From NCBI RefSeq assembly GCF_964204865.1, contig NC_135252.1, positions 15,810,001 to 15,874,000 on the forward strand: 64,000 nucleotides of DNA, in the 5' to 3' direction. The first letter of the stretch is position 1. Every line of letters begins with the position of its first letter. This document shows positions 14,773-26,386 of the stretch, in pieces. The notes beneath the pieces are model-generated. The model was not told where the DNA came from, did not search any database, and saw only the letters and a program-made list of their open reading frames with translations. Position numbers and translations under genes: made by a program. Origin of the DNA: Styela clava (lineage: Eukaryota).

Positions 14773-17240
14773 ATGATACGCACAGGAAAGAGTTATGGTT
14801 TACTATTTAGTGCTGTTATATTGCACGTAGTCTCATTATGTATTGGGATCGATATATCTTTTATAAAGGAGGTAAGTACAGTTCTTGGTATATTATAATC
14901 TGTGATACCGTTATGGTGGCGGTGTATAGATCGCTTCGATTCTAAACATAACAAAATAGAAAATGACTTACCTAGACCGTGAACATCCATAGCTCAATGG
15001 CTTGGCCTGTTATACTTTTTTCTTGTTCATGTCCGTAATAATTAACCAATCAGAAAAACGTTTACGGTGACGTAACAATGAAATTTATGTAGCGGCATTT
15101 TTCACGCAGACGAATTCGAGCATGGTTGTGGATTTGGACTCGTTGTCATAGTGTTGCATAAACTCCATAAAGCATAATGCATACTATATCACAGTTTAGA
15201 GTTGTGTTTTCACATGAGTTAATTGTCATTTTATTTTCGAAGAGTTTTAGTCTAGTTATCGCAATCAAAAAGTATTTCCGGAAAAGCTGCGGCTGTTCCA
15301 CCCTAAAATTAGTTTAGTACGTCTGAATGACAAATGGTTAAATATTTTCAATCGAACTTATGGCTATGAACATGCCAACCATATTGCAAGCGCAAACCCG
15401 AACAAAAATTTATCAACGGTGAGGCGTAGGAAGAATATTTCTGACGACACGGGTCGGGGAAAAACATCCGTCCAACTTCTCATCTTCGTAAAATAAAAAC
15501 AAAATACCGGAAACTTAACCTATTGCTGATGACGTGTCCCATGGTAGAAATTTTTCAATTCTATTTTATTCGGGAAGTTTTGCATCGATCGTGTTTCGAC
15601 GCCTGGAATACGTGTTTTGGGCAATAATATAGCAAAGTTTACAAGTGGGCCCTACATATTCGCATTCATAAAATCCAAGTCTATTGTTTGTTCCAAATTC
15701 AGTACAACAAATGAAATATGTGGTATAGTTCCTAAACGAGTGACATAATATAGAGAAATTTATTACCATTTTTAATACTGAACATACTAATTTATACAAT
15801 TTAATTTACTTTTTTAGTCGGGGGACTCATTGATTGATCTTGGTGAGTTTTTATTATATTTAGATTTCATTTTATATCTATATATATATTAATATTGATC
15901 TCGCAAATATTCACCAATTGAAATTATTCCACAATTGAGCCAATAATAATTGATCAGAAACGTCCAAGTTACCGTAGATGTTTCAACCTTCTTTGTATTA
16001 TGAGGTTCTAATAACACAGGCAATGTTGTTGAATTTTACTTTAGCAGATGAATTTGTTTCCTATTTTTTGCCCAAATAGTCAAATGTTTCGTTTTTTGCT
16101 TCAGTTTTATCCGACGAATTTGAGGGTCTGTTTCGGAGGGGAAATGGCGAAACTGACGGCATGAAGCTCTTTCGACTTATTGAAGCTAACACCAAGCTTA
16201 AAGGTCCCGACTTCGAAGAGCTGTTTTATAAAATGCTTGGGGCTCGGTCGTTAGAAGGTATATCGCCGTTTCATGATTTATATCTATTATACGATTTTAA
16301 ATATTTACATCGAAATAGCAACTTAATGTTAACATTGTCAAGTTTATTAACTTAATATCCAGATAAAGAAACACATATTTATCGCGTATATGTTATTCGC
16401 TGTTAAAATGGTACACAACCACGATTTACATGTGATTCTGCTATACCTCCCACCCTCTGTGCCGTGCCAATTCATTCTTGGCCCTAGGTTTTCAATGATT
16501 GTGCTTGAATAAGCTACATATATCCAGTCAGTATATTCATCTATTTAAATTGCCATTTTTCCCATTTTTCAGAATTGCAACAAACAAAATATGATATGAA
16601 TAAAGCAACAAACGTAATAAACTCATTGATAAAATTGGCAGATAAGTATGTATTTTTTTTCGAATAACTAGATACTGAATAGTTCAATACTATTATTTAT
16701 TATGATAATTGTCTCGAAGCAAATTATTGTGCACTCACTCTGAAGTGAACTTACTTCTGAGGTAAAATCTCTGACATGCCAAGATCTAGAGGGTGGATGC
16801 TCAAAAATTTGTTTTTCTGTCGAGCATCCGTCTATGCCTCAACTATGTAACAAAGATAATTCTGTAATTATTTAGATTATATTATGATTGATAATCAATT
16901 ATGCAAAGTTCTTGCCTTGAAAACGATTTCAAAAAATTGTCACCTTAAAATTGGGTATACTCAACGGATTTCAGGCAGCACGATGATAAAATTAACCCAG
17001 ATAGGACAAAATCAAGAGCTGTCTCTTAGAAAAATTTGTGATTTGTGCATTTTTAACATTTATTTCAAGCGAGTTTTGAATTCTTAACCAATAATATAAT
17101 ATTCAATTTACAGCATTTCAGTAAACCAATCAAGAAAACCTGGTTCGAAATATAAACATGAAGATGAAAGAATTACTGCAGCAAAGAAATTATTAAAAGA
17201 CAAATTAAAAGGCTCAGTCCAGTTCAAAGAAGAACTTTAA
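14773..17240 (+). CDS. ER-lumenal orphan family protein, paralog 4 (158 aa; signal peptide, C-terminal KEEL)
   Basis: Exons 14773-14871, 15818-15842, 16105-16257, 16573-16645, 17114-17240 (internal exons 25/153/73 nt as in paralog 3). It begins MIRTGKSYGLLFSAVILHVVSLCIG, the core reads SGDSLIDLVLSDEFEGLF...INSLIKLAD, and it ends GSVQFKEEL*. AATAAA at 17287. Exon 1 is the least certain assignment (phase-0 GTAAGT donor and signal-like sequence). Confidence 0.85.
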
Positions 17241-19783
17241 TTGAAAATGACGTTGTTTTTGTTATTTCTGATTGAGCAATTATTCGAATAAATCCTTGGA
17301 TATTTAAATAAAATTACAGTAAGCAATATGTTTGGTGTATATTTATGGGTTGGCTCGTTGAAATATAGCAGGCTAGCCAACTCAGTTAGGATCTATATTA
17401 GTTTCATGACCAGCCCATATATACAGTTCTTGTCGGAAAATGTCGGACATTCCTGGCTGTTGGCCTGGCCCGTATGTGGTAAACAGTAATTGTCAATCCT
17501 AGAATGTCCTGGCGCCTGATCATCGCATGCTGCATTCTAAGGATACTTTATCAAATAAGGCTTCATTCGTATTCTGATTATTATTTTTATCTGCTTGTTG
17601 TAATTGGCAACAATATGTGAATTTTCAAATCTTTGTAATAGTTACTGGACACATAATATGAATATCCTATCTTCAATAAAATTTTCGCATGTCATTGGCA
17701 CCCTCGGCCTGCATGTATATACGCTACATAATAATTGACATATTTAATGTAATGCAAGCCCCTAATATATATATATATATAAACAAAATGTAGATAGCCA
17801 AAATGCCAGCAGACTATTTAGGCAACATTATGTCTGCTGATAAAAAATTTAATGTGGAAAAAAATAATCTTGATAACAATAAGTTCAAGAATTTGATAAT
17901 GTGTCCTGCCATCTAACGACACGCACAACAGAAATTATCCTCACGTTAGAAAAATGCATTATTTTGCGAGAGTAATTAGAATAATGGCAATGACCTGATA
18001 CTTTACACCGGACGTCATTAAGATAAAATTGTGCGCAGTAGTTATTAATTCATTGGGATCAAGACCTGAGGGAAAAATAGCCTAAACCTAGATATATATA
18101 GGTACCTAGAGAGTAATGCCTAAATATATACAAGGAGGTAAATGTCCGAGCAAAATAAGATTAATGTTAAAAGAATTGTACTGAACGTGTATCGTGAATT
18201 ATTGTCGTGCCATATTTTGGATGGGTAAAAATTTCTAGCGACTTTCTCATTTCAGTAAGGAAAATTTGTAATGGATTGGTTTATTAAATTTGAAGAAAAA
18301 CAATTTTCTCAACAACAACAACAACAAACAGTTTAGCAAAACGATATGATCATAAACATAAATATCATTCTATAATTGTACGCAAATAGCAGCACGCAAC
18401 GTCTAAGAGTAAGAAAGGCAGCTAAAATTCCTTGCAGTCTTATCTGAATAAAAAACCACATGTTTTCTATTCACCACTCAAATAAACCAGTACGCTGACT
18501 GTGTCCAAGCCCTGGACACTGATAATTCTTCCTTAGTGCTCGCTTTGGTATATCGAGTAAATTGAACTTATCGACCCACTAGCGAGTTTTACGGCATAAA
18601 TGAGACAAAACATGGGTTCTCTATTGCATTTGATATATTTATTTCAAACAAGTTAAAACGGTACAAATATTCTATATTGAGAGATTGAATTTTTCATATT
18701 AAGAGTCTGTTACTTTTAGTTGTTTCCGTGTGATTATGCTGTGGCAGAGAAATCATGAAATTACGATAATCTGATAATGAATGCGAAACTGTGAGAATCC
18801 AGTAGAACTCTGTATCTAAGGATAAAAAAATTTCGTGTTTTAAAACCGACTATGTTCAAATTCCATGTTGCTTTAGAATTCAATTTAGCAGTTTGTTTTC
18901 ATTCCAAACATATCAGTTGTTCAGTTGAATCATGATATATGTGAAATTATTTTAACTGCTTTGAAACATAGATTCATAAACACACTTAGTAATCGCAAGA
19001 TGCTAAAATTGTCAAATGAAAATCGTCACTTCTGGACCTACATTTATCAAGTAAAAGTGGGTAAAATTGTTCGTGCTTCCACTCTCTGAACTATGAAGAA
19101 ATCGTAAGATAAATATAACAATTTTTTTTTTACATTCCGGGTAGTTTTTTTTCTCAAACCGAATCGAACTAGAAGCCACACGTTGGTCGACACGCAACGC
19201 ACGTGTTTAGAAAGGCCCTTGCTTCCACCGATATTTCTTCGTGTGGTTCGAAACCTCTTGTTGGACGATTTCCTGATCTGAAGTTGCCATTTAAAATGTC
19301 TTCATCGGACTCTGGGGCTGATAAGATAAAAAGATAAAGAGGCGTATATTAGTAAACGCAAGGAATAGGAATACAAATTAAAATCGCTGTTTCAAGCCAA
19401 ATTTGGTCATCTATCAATGTTTTTGGTTAGCTTGACATTCAACATGAACTGTAAAGTTTCTAATAAAATGTCGTTCAGGGCGACTGACACAAACGCTCTG
19501 ATGACAGAGTTGGCAATCCCAAAAGTCAGTTGATCGGTTGCCGATTTGATTTGGCACAACTTTTAACAATATAAACCATATGTACATCGTGGACAATGAT
19601 ATAGTTTTGCACATTTTACTTTGTATTCTATTTTTTATGACATATTTGAAAACTAGACAATTTTCAATTTATTTTACATTGGTGCAAATTATTGTTCTTC
19701 ACTTATTAAATTCATTATTCCGATCGGTTACGAATCATTAATTTCTTATCGTTATAGGCTAGCAAGTTTGAGAACATATTTGC

Positions 19784-21435
19784 TCATTTACCAAATCGTT
19801 TTCTTCTTCCAGACATTATAATATCACTACAATGATAGCAAACTGAAGCTGAGCAAGAATAACCAAATCCATAAGCTTTTTTATCGAACAAATATTCTCG
19901 TAGTCCTGATCTTCGTTGTTCATTCTCAAAATCTGGTAGAATTCTTCCCTCTGTATTGGTGATCAATACAGCACAGACGATAACAATGGACAACATCAGC
20001 ATGGTTATCTGATAAACAGCGTTAGAAGTTTGATAACGTGCTTGAAAAAAACTTTGCTAAAGCAAAAACACCATTTAAATCTGTCATCTACAAACTGAGG
20101 CCAATCAAGTAATTCAATCTGGCCCACCTGATGCTGCCACAATCAAGGTAAAACCAAATTTTGATGCTTCAACTAAAAAAATAGCTCAAGGAATTTATTT
20201 AGATTGCGATTAAATTTAGTTTAGGTACGACGAATCAAGATCGATGGCATTTATTCCATAGAACCAGACAATGACTTTGTGAAATTTGCACGAGGTCGCG
20301 CTTAGTAACCGAATTATAACATCATAAAACGGGCCAACATTTATTATTGTGAAATGTTCAAATGGCAGCGTTGAAAGGGTTCAACTTTATAAACAAATTC
20401 TCAACATTATTTAAAATATGATTATTTCATTGACATTTGAGCATTACATCAATACGCGTATTCTTAAGCCAATCCAATTTTAATTTATTTATTTTGATAT
20501 AAATAGCAAGCTAACAGAAAATATTTACATCCCACAAAATTTTGTACTTACTAAATATTTATGTTATTTTTTTTATTCGATTGGTTAGAAAAATATTTTA
20601 TATCAACATTCGATTTTGGAGAGATGTTACTATATGTCATATACTATACCACGCAGTTACTGTACCATGTATGCAAGTGTAGTTACAAATTTTACAAATT
20701 TTCAGTGACCGGAAAAAGTCGTTGACTGTCATTCACGGTCATAACACGTCATTTCGCGATTATCCTACTAAATTGTTATGACATGAAGAAAAGTAACGGT
20801 ACACAAGTGAAGTTATAATGGAACTAAAAATATACAATAAAACAGGGGTTCTCAACACGCGGCTCGCACTACCCTTAGTAAAACGGCGAATACAAAAGTA
20901 CAAATACGCCCCTTCTCTGCGAAGACAAAACATAAATCGCCAATTTGGCTGTTTTTCGGGTCCAGTATGAACCTGAAACCGAAACAAAGTGTGTGGTCCA
21001 AAGACGCAGGATTAAAGTATAGCCATTATCTTGAATAATTTTTAAAATATGATATTTTCACAACTGTTAAATTACAAACTTCTAGTCGACAAAAATCTTT
21101 TCGTGACAAATATGTCAGTTGTATGTATATCCTTCATTAGAATCGAATCAATCGAATACGCTTAACTATCAATAAAAAACGTTTTTGAATTTTCGATTCT
21201 GCATAGCGATAACATTATTCGTCTCATTGATGAGATAATAAAACGAGGCGGAATATCTATAGCACGACAATTACAATTTATAACTAAATATGGAAAAATA
21301 ATTCATTCGTGCATGAATTTTGCTAATATTATCACTATCAACGAGTTTTACAAGACAATTTCACTAATAAAACAAATGTTTAAATTACTAGAAGATCCAT
21401 GCGACATATATACTTACGACAGACTTGAATTCCAT
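19784..21435 (-). CDS. Secreted prepropeptide (80 aa) predicted to yield an amidated Cys-containing 22-mer
   Basis: Exon 1 21435-21418 (MEFKSV, donor GTAAGT) joins in frame to exon 2 20008-19784 (acceptor TTTATCAG). Translation MEFKSVITMLMLSIVIVCAVLITNTEG-RILPDFENEQRR-SGLREYLFDKK-AYGFGYSCSASVCYHCSDIIMS-G-RRKR-FGK*. Minus-strand AATAAA near 19670. Confidence 0.8.
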
Positions 21436-22900
21436 TTTCCAAAATATCTTTACTTCTGATGTATCGCAAAACGTTTACAAATATGTTTTACTGGTTGCTT
21501 GAAATTTATTAAATATTATTTTTATCTATAAATCAGTAAACCTGGGAGTGAAACCAAAAGTAATTAGTGTTATAGATTAGGCCTTTGTGATAAAAAATGA
21601 AACGTTTAAAATGAAAAAAATATATATAGATAAAATTATTAATAATGAATGAGTCCATGAAATGCTCTACAAAGAAAATTTGCTCAATACAATGTAACTC
21701 GTATTCACTCAGAAGTAAATCAGAGTCATCTTTGAGCAAAGTAACGGGCGGCTACCCGTACCAAGAAGTACTGAAACTACGTGACAAACCAGCAGCAAAT
21801 GCCAATCGACGCAAGGCATGAGGCAGTTTAAGTTAACGAGCCCGAAAAAAAGCAATGAGTAATTGAAGATAAACTTTGGGGTATAACCCGCGGAGAATAT
21901 TTATATAAGTTGAAAGAACTTCTTCGGAAGCCAATGTTAAATTTATTGTTAAAGAAATCTACGGCAAAATTTTTCATTTTGAGCTCGTTGTCGAAAATGT
22001 ATATTCCGGTATAATTTCCCATCTCCGTTTGATCTCATTCATTCACTATCACATCAATGATATCGCGATAACACATTTTGCCACGCAAATTTGTAGCAAT
22101 CTCTTCTGACGAGGAGTAACCTAGTTGGCACATGTCATTTTAAAGTCATCGAGGTTTACATTTTTCTTGATGTCATCGCGAAAATGCGATATGACGTCCT
22201 AGCTATAGATGATCATCAATGCGTATACCAATTATTCTCACGGCTCTCAAGATGGTGCTTCGTACCAGAAGTGGTGGCGTACTGCGCAAAATCGGTATTA
22301 ATGTTACCTTTTATATATGGGTATCAAGCTTCCAGCAAACATATCCAAATAATGGCAAAACAATTATCTATAATGAAATATGAATGAATATTGTCAAAAA
22401 TATTTTAGAAAATAAATTAAACAACAGAAACAAAATAATCAGTTTCTTCGAAATTCAATGACTCACAAAACGCGTGATATATCATTCAGGGTTGTAACTT
22501 GTGTCTGTACACTCGGCCAAATCCAGAATGACGTAGCACGCTTGGGTCAATGTATTCCATTTTCTACGATGCTGTCAAGTACAGGCACGCTCCATTACCT
22601 TCGGAAATTGAATAAATGAATAATAACTAGCCATAATTGAAACATTGCGCACCACAACACGGTTTAGCACTAAAATATATCTAGTATACAGTTAAGTTAA
22701 TTTAAGTTGTCGCTTTTAATAAGATTTTTACTTTAAAAACGACTGCTGCGGTCCCGATAGAATGAGGTATTTTTTGTAAATATAAAATCTCATAATGTAA
22801 TTGAATAACTTGGCCAGGCGTTCCGATCCGATATCGTTAATTTCTGCGGTGAGCATCAGTACCGATTATGTAAAATTACCAATTACGATTGAATTTTCCG

Positions 22901-23056
22901 GTCCATGTTCATGCTTCCGAAAGCAAATAACTAACTAATCCCATAACCGACATGGAATGGTACCTGGACGAGAGACCGTGGTTCGCCATATGGTTAAGCC
23001 GTCTTATCGACGTTCCTCTTCCCTGGGATAAATATGTAAATCCTATCCTATCCTAT
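22901..23056 (+). mobile_element. 5'-truncated SINE copy with (ATCCT)n tail
   Basis: Aligns to the 3' half of the element at 27223-27564 (CCGTGGTTCGCCATATGGTT.AGCCGTCTTATCG ... AAATATGTAAATCCTATC) and ends in ATCCT x3. Confidence 0.8.
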
Positions 23057-25308
23057 TTGAAAAGCGAAATATGTACAACTGTCATACAATAAAATATGCG
23101 GATTTCCAGAATGCTTTTTATTTGCTCAAATCTATCCTGATTTCCAGATTTTAATTGGGTTGTCAATTGGCGAGATGAATATGGGAGATATTAGCTTTCC
23201 AATTTGATTGATCTAATACCGATATAATCAATAGATGAATACCGATGTATCGGCACAAAGGATTTGTTTTGATAAGCCCAATAAGTACTGATAAATACAA
23301 ATCTACAACTGACAGTTTCTAGATTATATTAAAAGCACAGTAATTTCAATAATACATGTAATACATATGAAAATACCCAACTATTTGGGAAGTGCTATCT
23401 CCAGCCCTCTCCCATTTTGGTAGTCGGATACCACACGCATACCTCGCACACGTAGTGCACTTTATTCCCGTTCTCAATATGATAATTTTCTTTCAAGTCA
23501 CAACACATGTTACTAAGTTACAAACTAAACAAGAATTTGAAATCTCGTTGAAAGTATTTGGAATCCTAATTTTCTAAATCGACTACATTTCTAGTAGTTG
23601 AACTGCAAAAGTATGAAGAAGTGGAGTACAGCCAAAATCTCCCTTTAATGTGAGATGAGGATTAAAGGTTAATCCAGTTATTCCAATACATCGTGATAGA
23701 GATTTTTTCGAAACACATTATTGATCTATTACATAAGTACAACAATCCCCTACTCTTATATATTATAAGCAAGCTATAATTTAGTTGAAATAAATGGATT
23801 TACCTTTGGATTAAAATTATCTGAAAAATACATTTTGATGACGGCGTGACCCATCAAGCGCATATAGTGCCATATGTCTCATATCACTTAATATTAAAAT
23901 GTGTATATAATTGTTCTGCACGGAATACACCGATTAGTTCAAAATTCCAAATTCAGTCCATTGCCTAAGATTGGCCAGACAAATTGCAATTGTGTTTGTA
24001 AACAGACAACATATTGCAAATACATTCAGAGGATCCCCAGAGATTCATCAATAAATCTTCGATACTTTACCAATTCGCTGTAAAATCCTTCTGTAAAACC
24101 TAGGGTTACAATACCGTAACGTGCACCAATGCGTGAATCTGTACTGAAAAAAATTCACTTCACACGATATAGTTATAGATAGTGTTTCCAAACACTTGAA
24201 AGTATCGAAGAAAAACGTATTTATTGGCAAAATTAATAACCTCCTTAGAGAACACATTAGCTTCGAATTGGTGAAAACGGATGCGAAGTGGGCGGGGGGG
24301 GACGGGGGGAGGAATTCAACTGGTCTCCGAATTTGACTGTAAGTTCGTTTATGATTTAGTATATGATTTATAAAACTGTTTTTTAACGAAAAAAAATCAA
24401 ATTTGTAGCATGCAATGTTATAATACCTAAAAATTTCTGACAGAAGATTGGGCGAAGGTTACACCTAAAAATAGAAATTACACCGAAAATTTTTAATCTA
24501 AAACGCTGTTGTCGCACTGGATTGGTTATTGAATGCACCTCTGGCGATTTCATTTGTCCCATCTATTAAATGAATAATCTACTATTTCTAAAATAACGCC
24601 AAAGATCTGAAAAAGAGCGAACCCAAAATTTAATTGAATTTTTTTTTTCGCAAACTGATCAGACTCATAACTTTCGATGCCATATATCCATAAATAATTA
24701 TGAAGATGGAAGTATTGATTTTACTGTCACTGGTAATACGCCATACATTAACAGTCAGTGCGATAATGTACGTTTCCCGCTACTCGATTATTACTTCCAA
24801 GAAAGTGATTGAAAATCTTCGTTAAAAATTGTATTTGATTTATTTATCGGTTTTTAAAAAGCTAATGTCTGTCGAAACAAGAATTCTTTTTAACAGCATG
24901 TTTTTGTATCTGTCATTTTTTTCTATTTATTATCCCTAACATTACTGCGAAAAAGGATTTCCTCGATTACAACTCTTATGTTGTCTGCTATATGGATGAT
25001 CTATATAAAATCTATATAATTATTGAAAATCTCAAATATTATTGACATGACACCAACTGATATTGATACTAAGGAATACCATTTCAGAAAATTCAAGCAA
25101 TCACCTCACCGCCAGTTCACTAGTCACGAAATAAAATGAGGATACTTTGTGAACAAATTGACTTTATTCACAATTGAATTTAAAAGTATATACAAACTTT
25201 CTCTGTAATTGACACTAAGGTCACTTTTGGCCGTTCTGATTTTTATAAGTTCATCCGAAGTGCTACATTTTGGAAAAATTTACCACAGATTTCAAGATGT
25301 TCACGTAA

Positions 25309-25495
25309 GGTTCCATTACATTTGAACCCACGACAATTGCACCTGCATACTATTGCACTTGTGGAATTTTTTTTGTTTTACGGATATTTGAACCCATACT
25401 AACCCTAACCCATGGGTTTTACCACCCGCACATAGATTGAACCCGTGGATATACACATGGGTTCAAATGTAAGTGGGTTCGAATGTACGGGCACC
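25309..25495. mobile_element. GG-terminal MITE, family B, with internal CTAACCCTAACCC
   Basis: Termini GGTTCCATTACATTTGAACCCAC / GTGGGTTCGAATGTACGGGCACC; flanking direct repeat GTTCACGTA at 25299-25307 and 25496-25504. Confidence 0.75.
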
Positions 25496-26386
25496 GTTCA
25501 CGTAGTCAAAATACAAGAACGTAATTTCATTATGAAGTATAACCAATAGCCTACAGTTAACCCCAAAACAGAAATAAGTACCAAGTAGTCTACTCCATTT
25601 ATTTGAATTCCACGTCGACACATAGGCGCTCTTATAGTCAAATCAAAACATTATGTTTACTCTCAAATTAACACACTTGACTAGGCACAGTTAGTGTGTA
25701 GTCATCAGCGTTAATTTGTGCAAATGATACCCAAACGTTACTTGAAAATTTCCTAAAATAAGCCTGTACGAATTCCCCATACAATTATGCATAACTCTTA
25801 TGGACTGTCATTTTGAAAACCCCTTAATATGGGCGGTTAGTAATTTTGCGAAGTGTAACATGAAATCCCTCATTAGCAGCCATTCGTTCGCAAATTCGAA
25901 TCCCGTGGGATATGATTATGTGTAAAAATCTTCTGGAATTTTCAGTATACATTGTATTCTGTGTATATATTTGGAAACTACAATAAAGCATCTATTCGGA
26001 ACCGAACATTTCTTGCCATTGTTGTAAACTGCTTCTCTGAGGAAGTCTGACTTTGGTCGGACGGAACGTTACAGAAATACGTTTGTGTTGTGACTCTTTA
26101 ATTGAATAAAAACCACTTCCCATTTGTGGCATCATAAGGTCATCGTCAAATATGACGATAGGAATGGCCAAACCCAATTCGAATGCAACTCGGCACCGGT
26201 ATACTTGTTTAAGACAATTTAATGCACTATAAATGTAATTTGGCAAACATCATAGAATACCAACGTGTTCGGCTAACATTCTCCTTCAAAACGCGACTTT
26301 CATAATCTTCCTACCTAAAATATTAATGAAAATAATATGTATGTTTCAATAGTTGTGCGAAATTCCCATAAGGCGTCGTGCTAGAT

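Noticed and set aside
15711-15728. ATGAAATATGTG as alternative start for paralog 4 (resembles the paralog 3 start)
   Set aside because: Stops after five codons and gives no signal peptide; 14773-14871 provides a better phase-0 signal-peptide exon.
25992-26246. 84-aa minus-strand ORF with protein-like composition
   Set aside because: No recognisable motif, no ATG start and no convincing partner exons.
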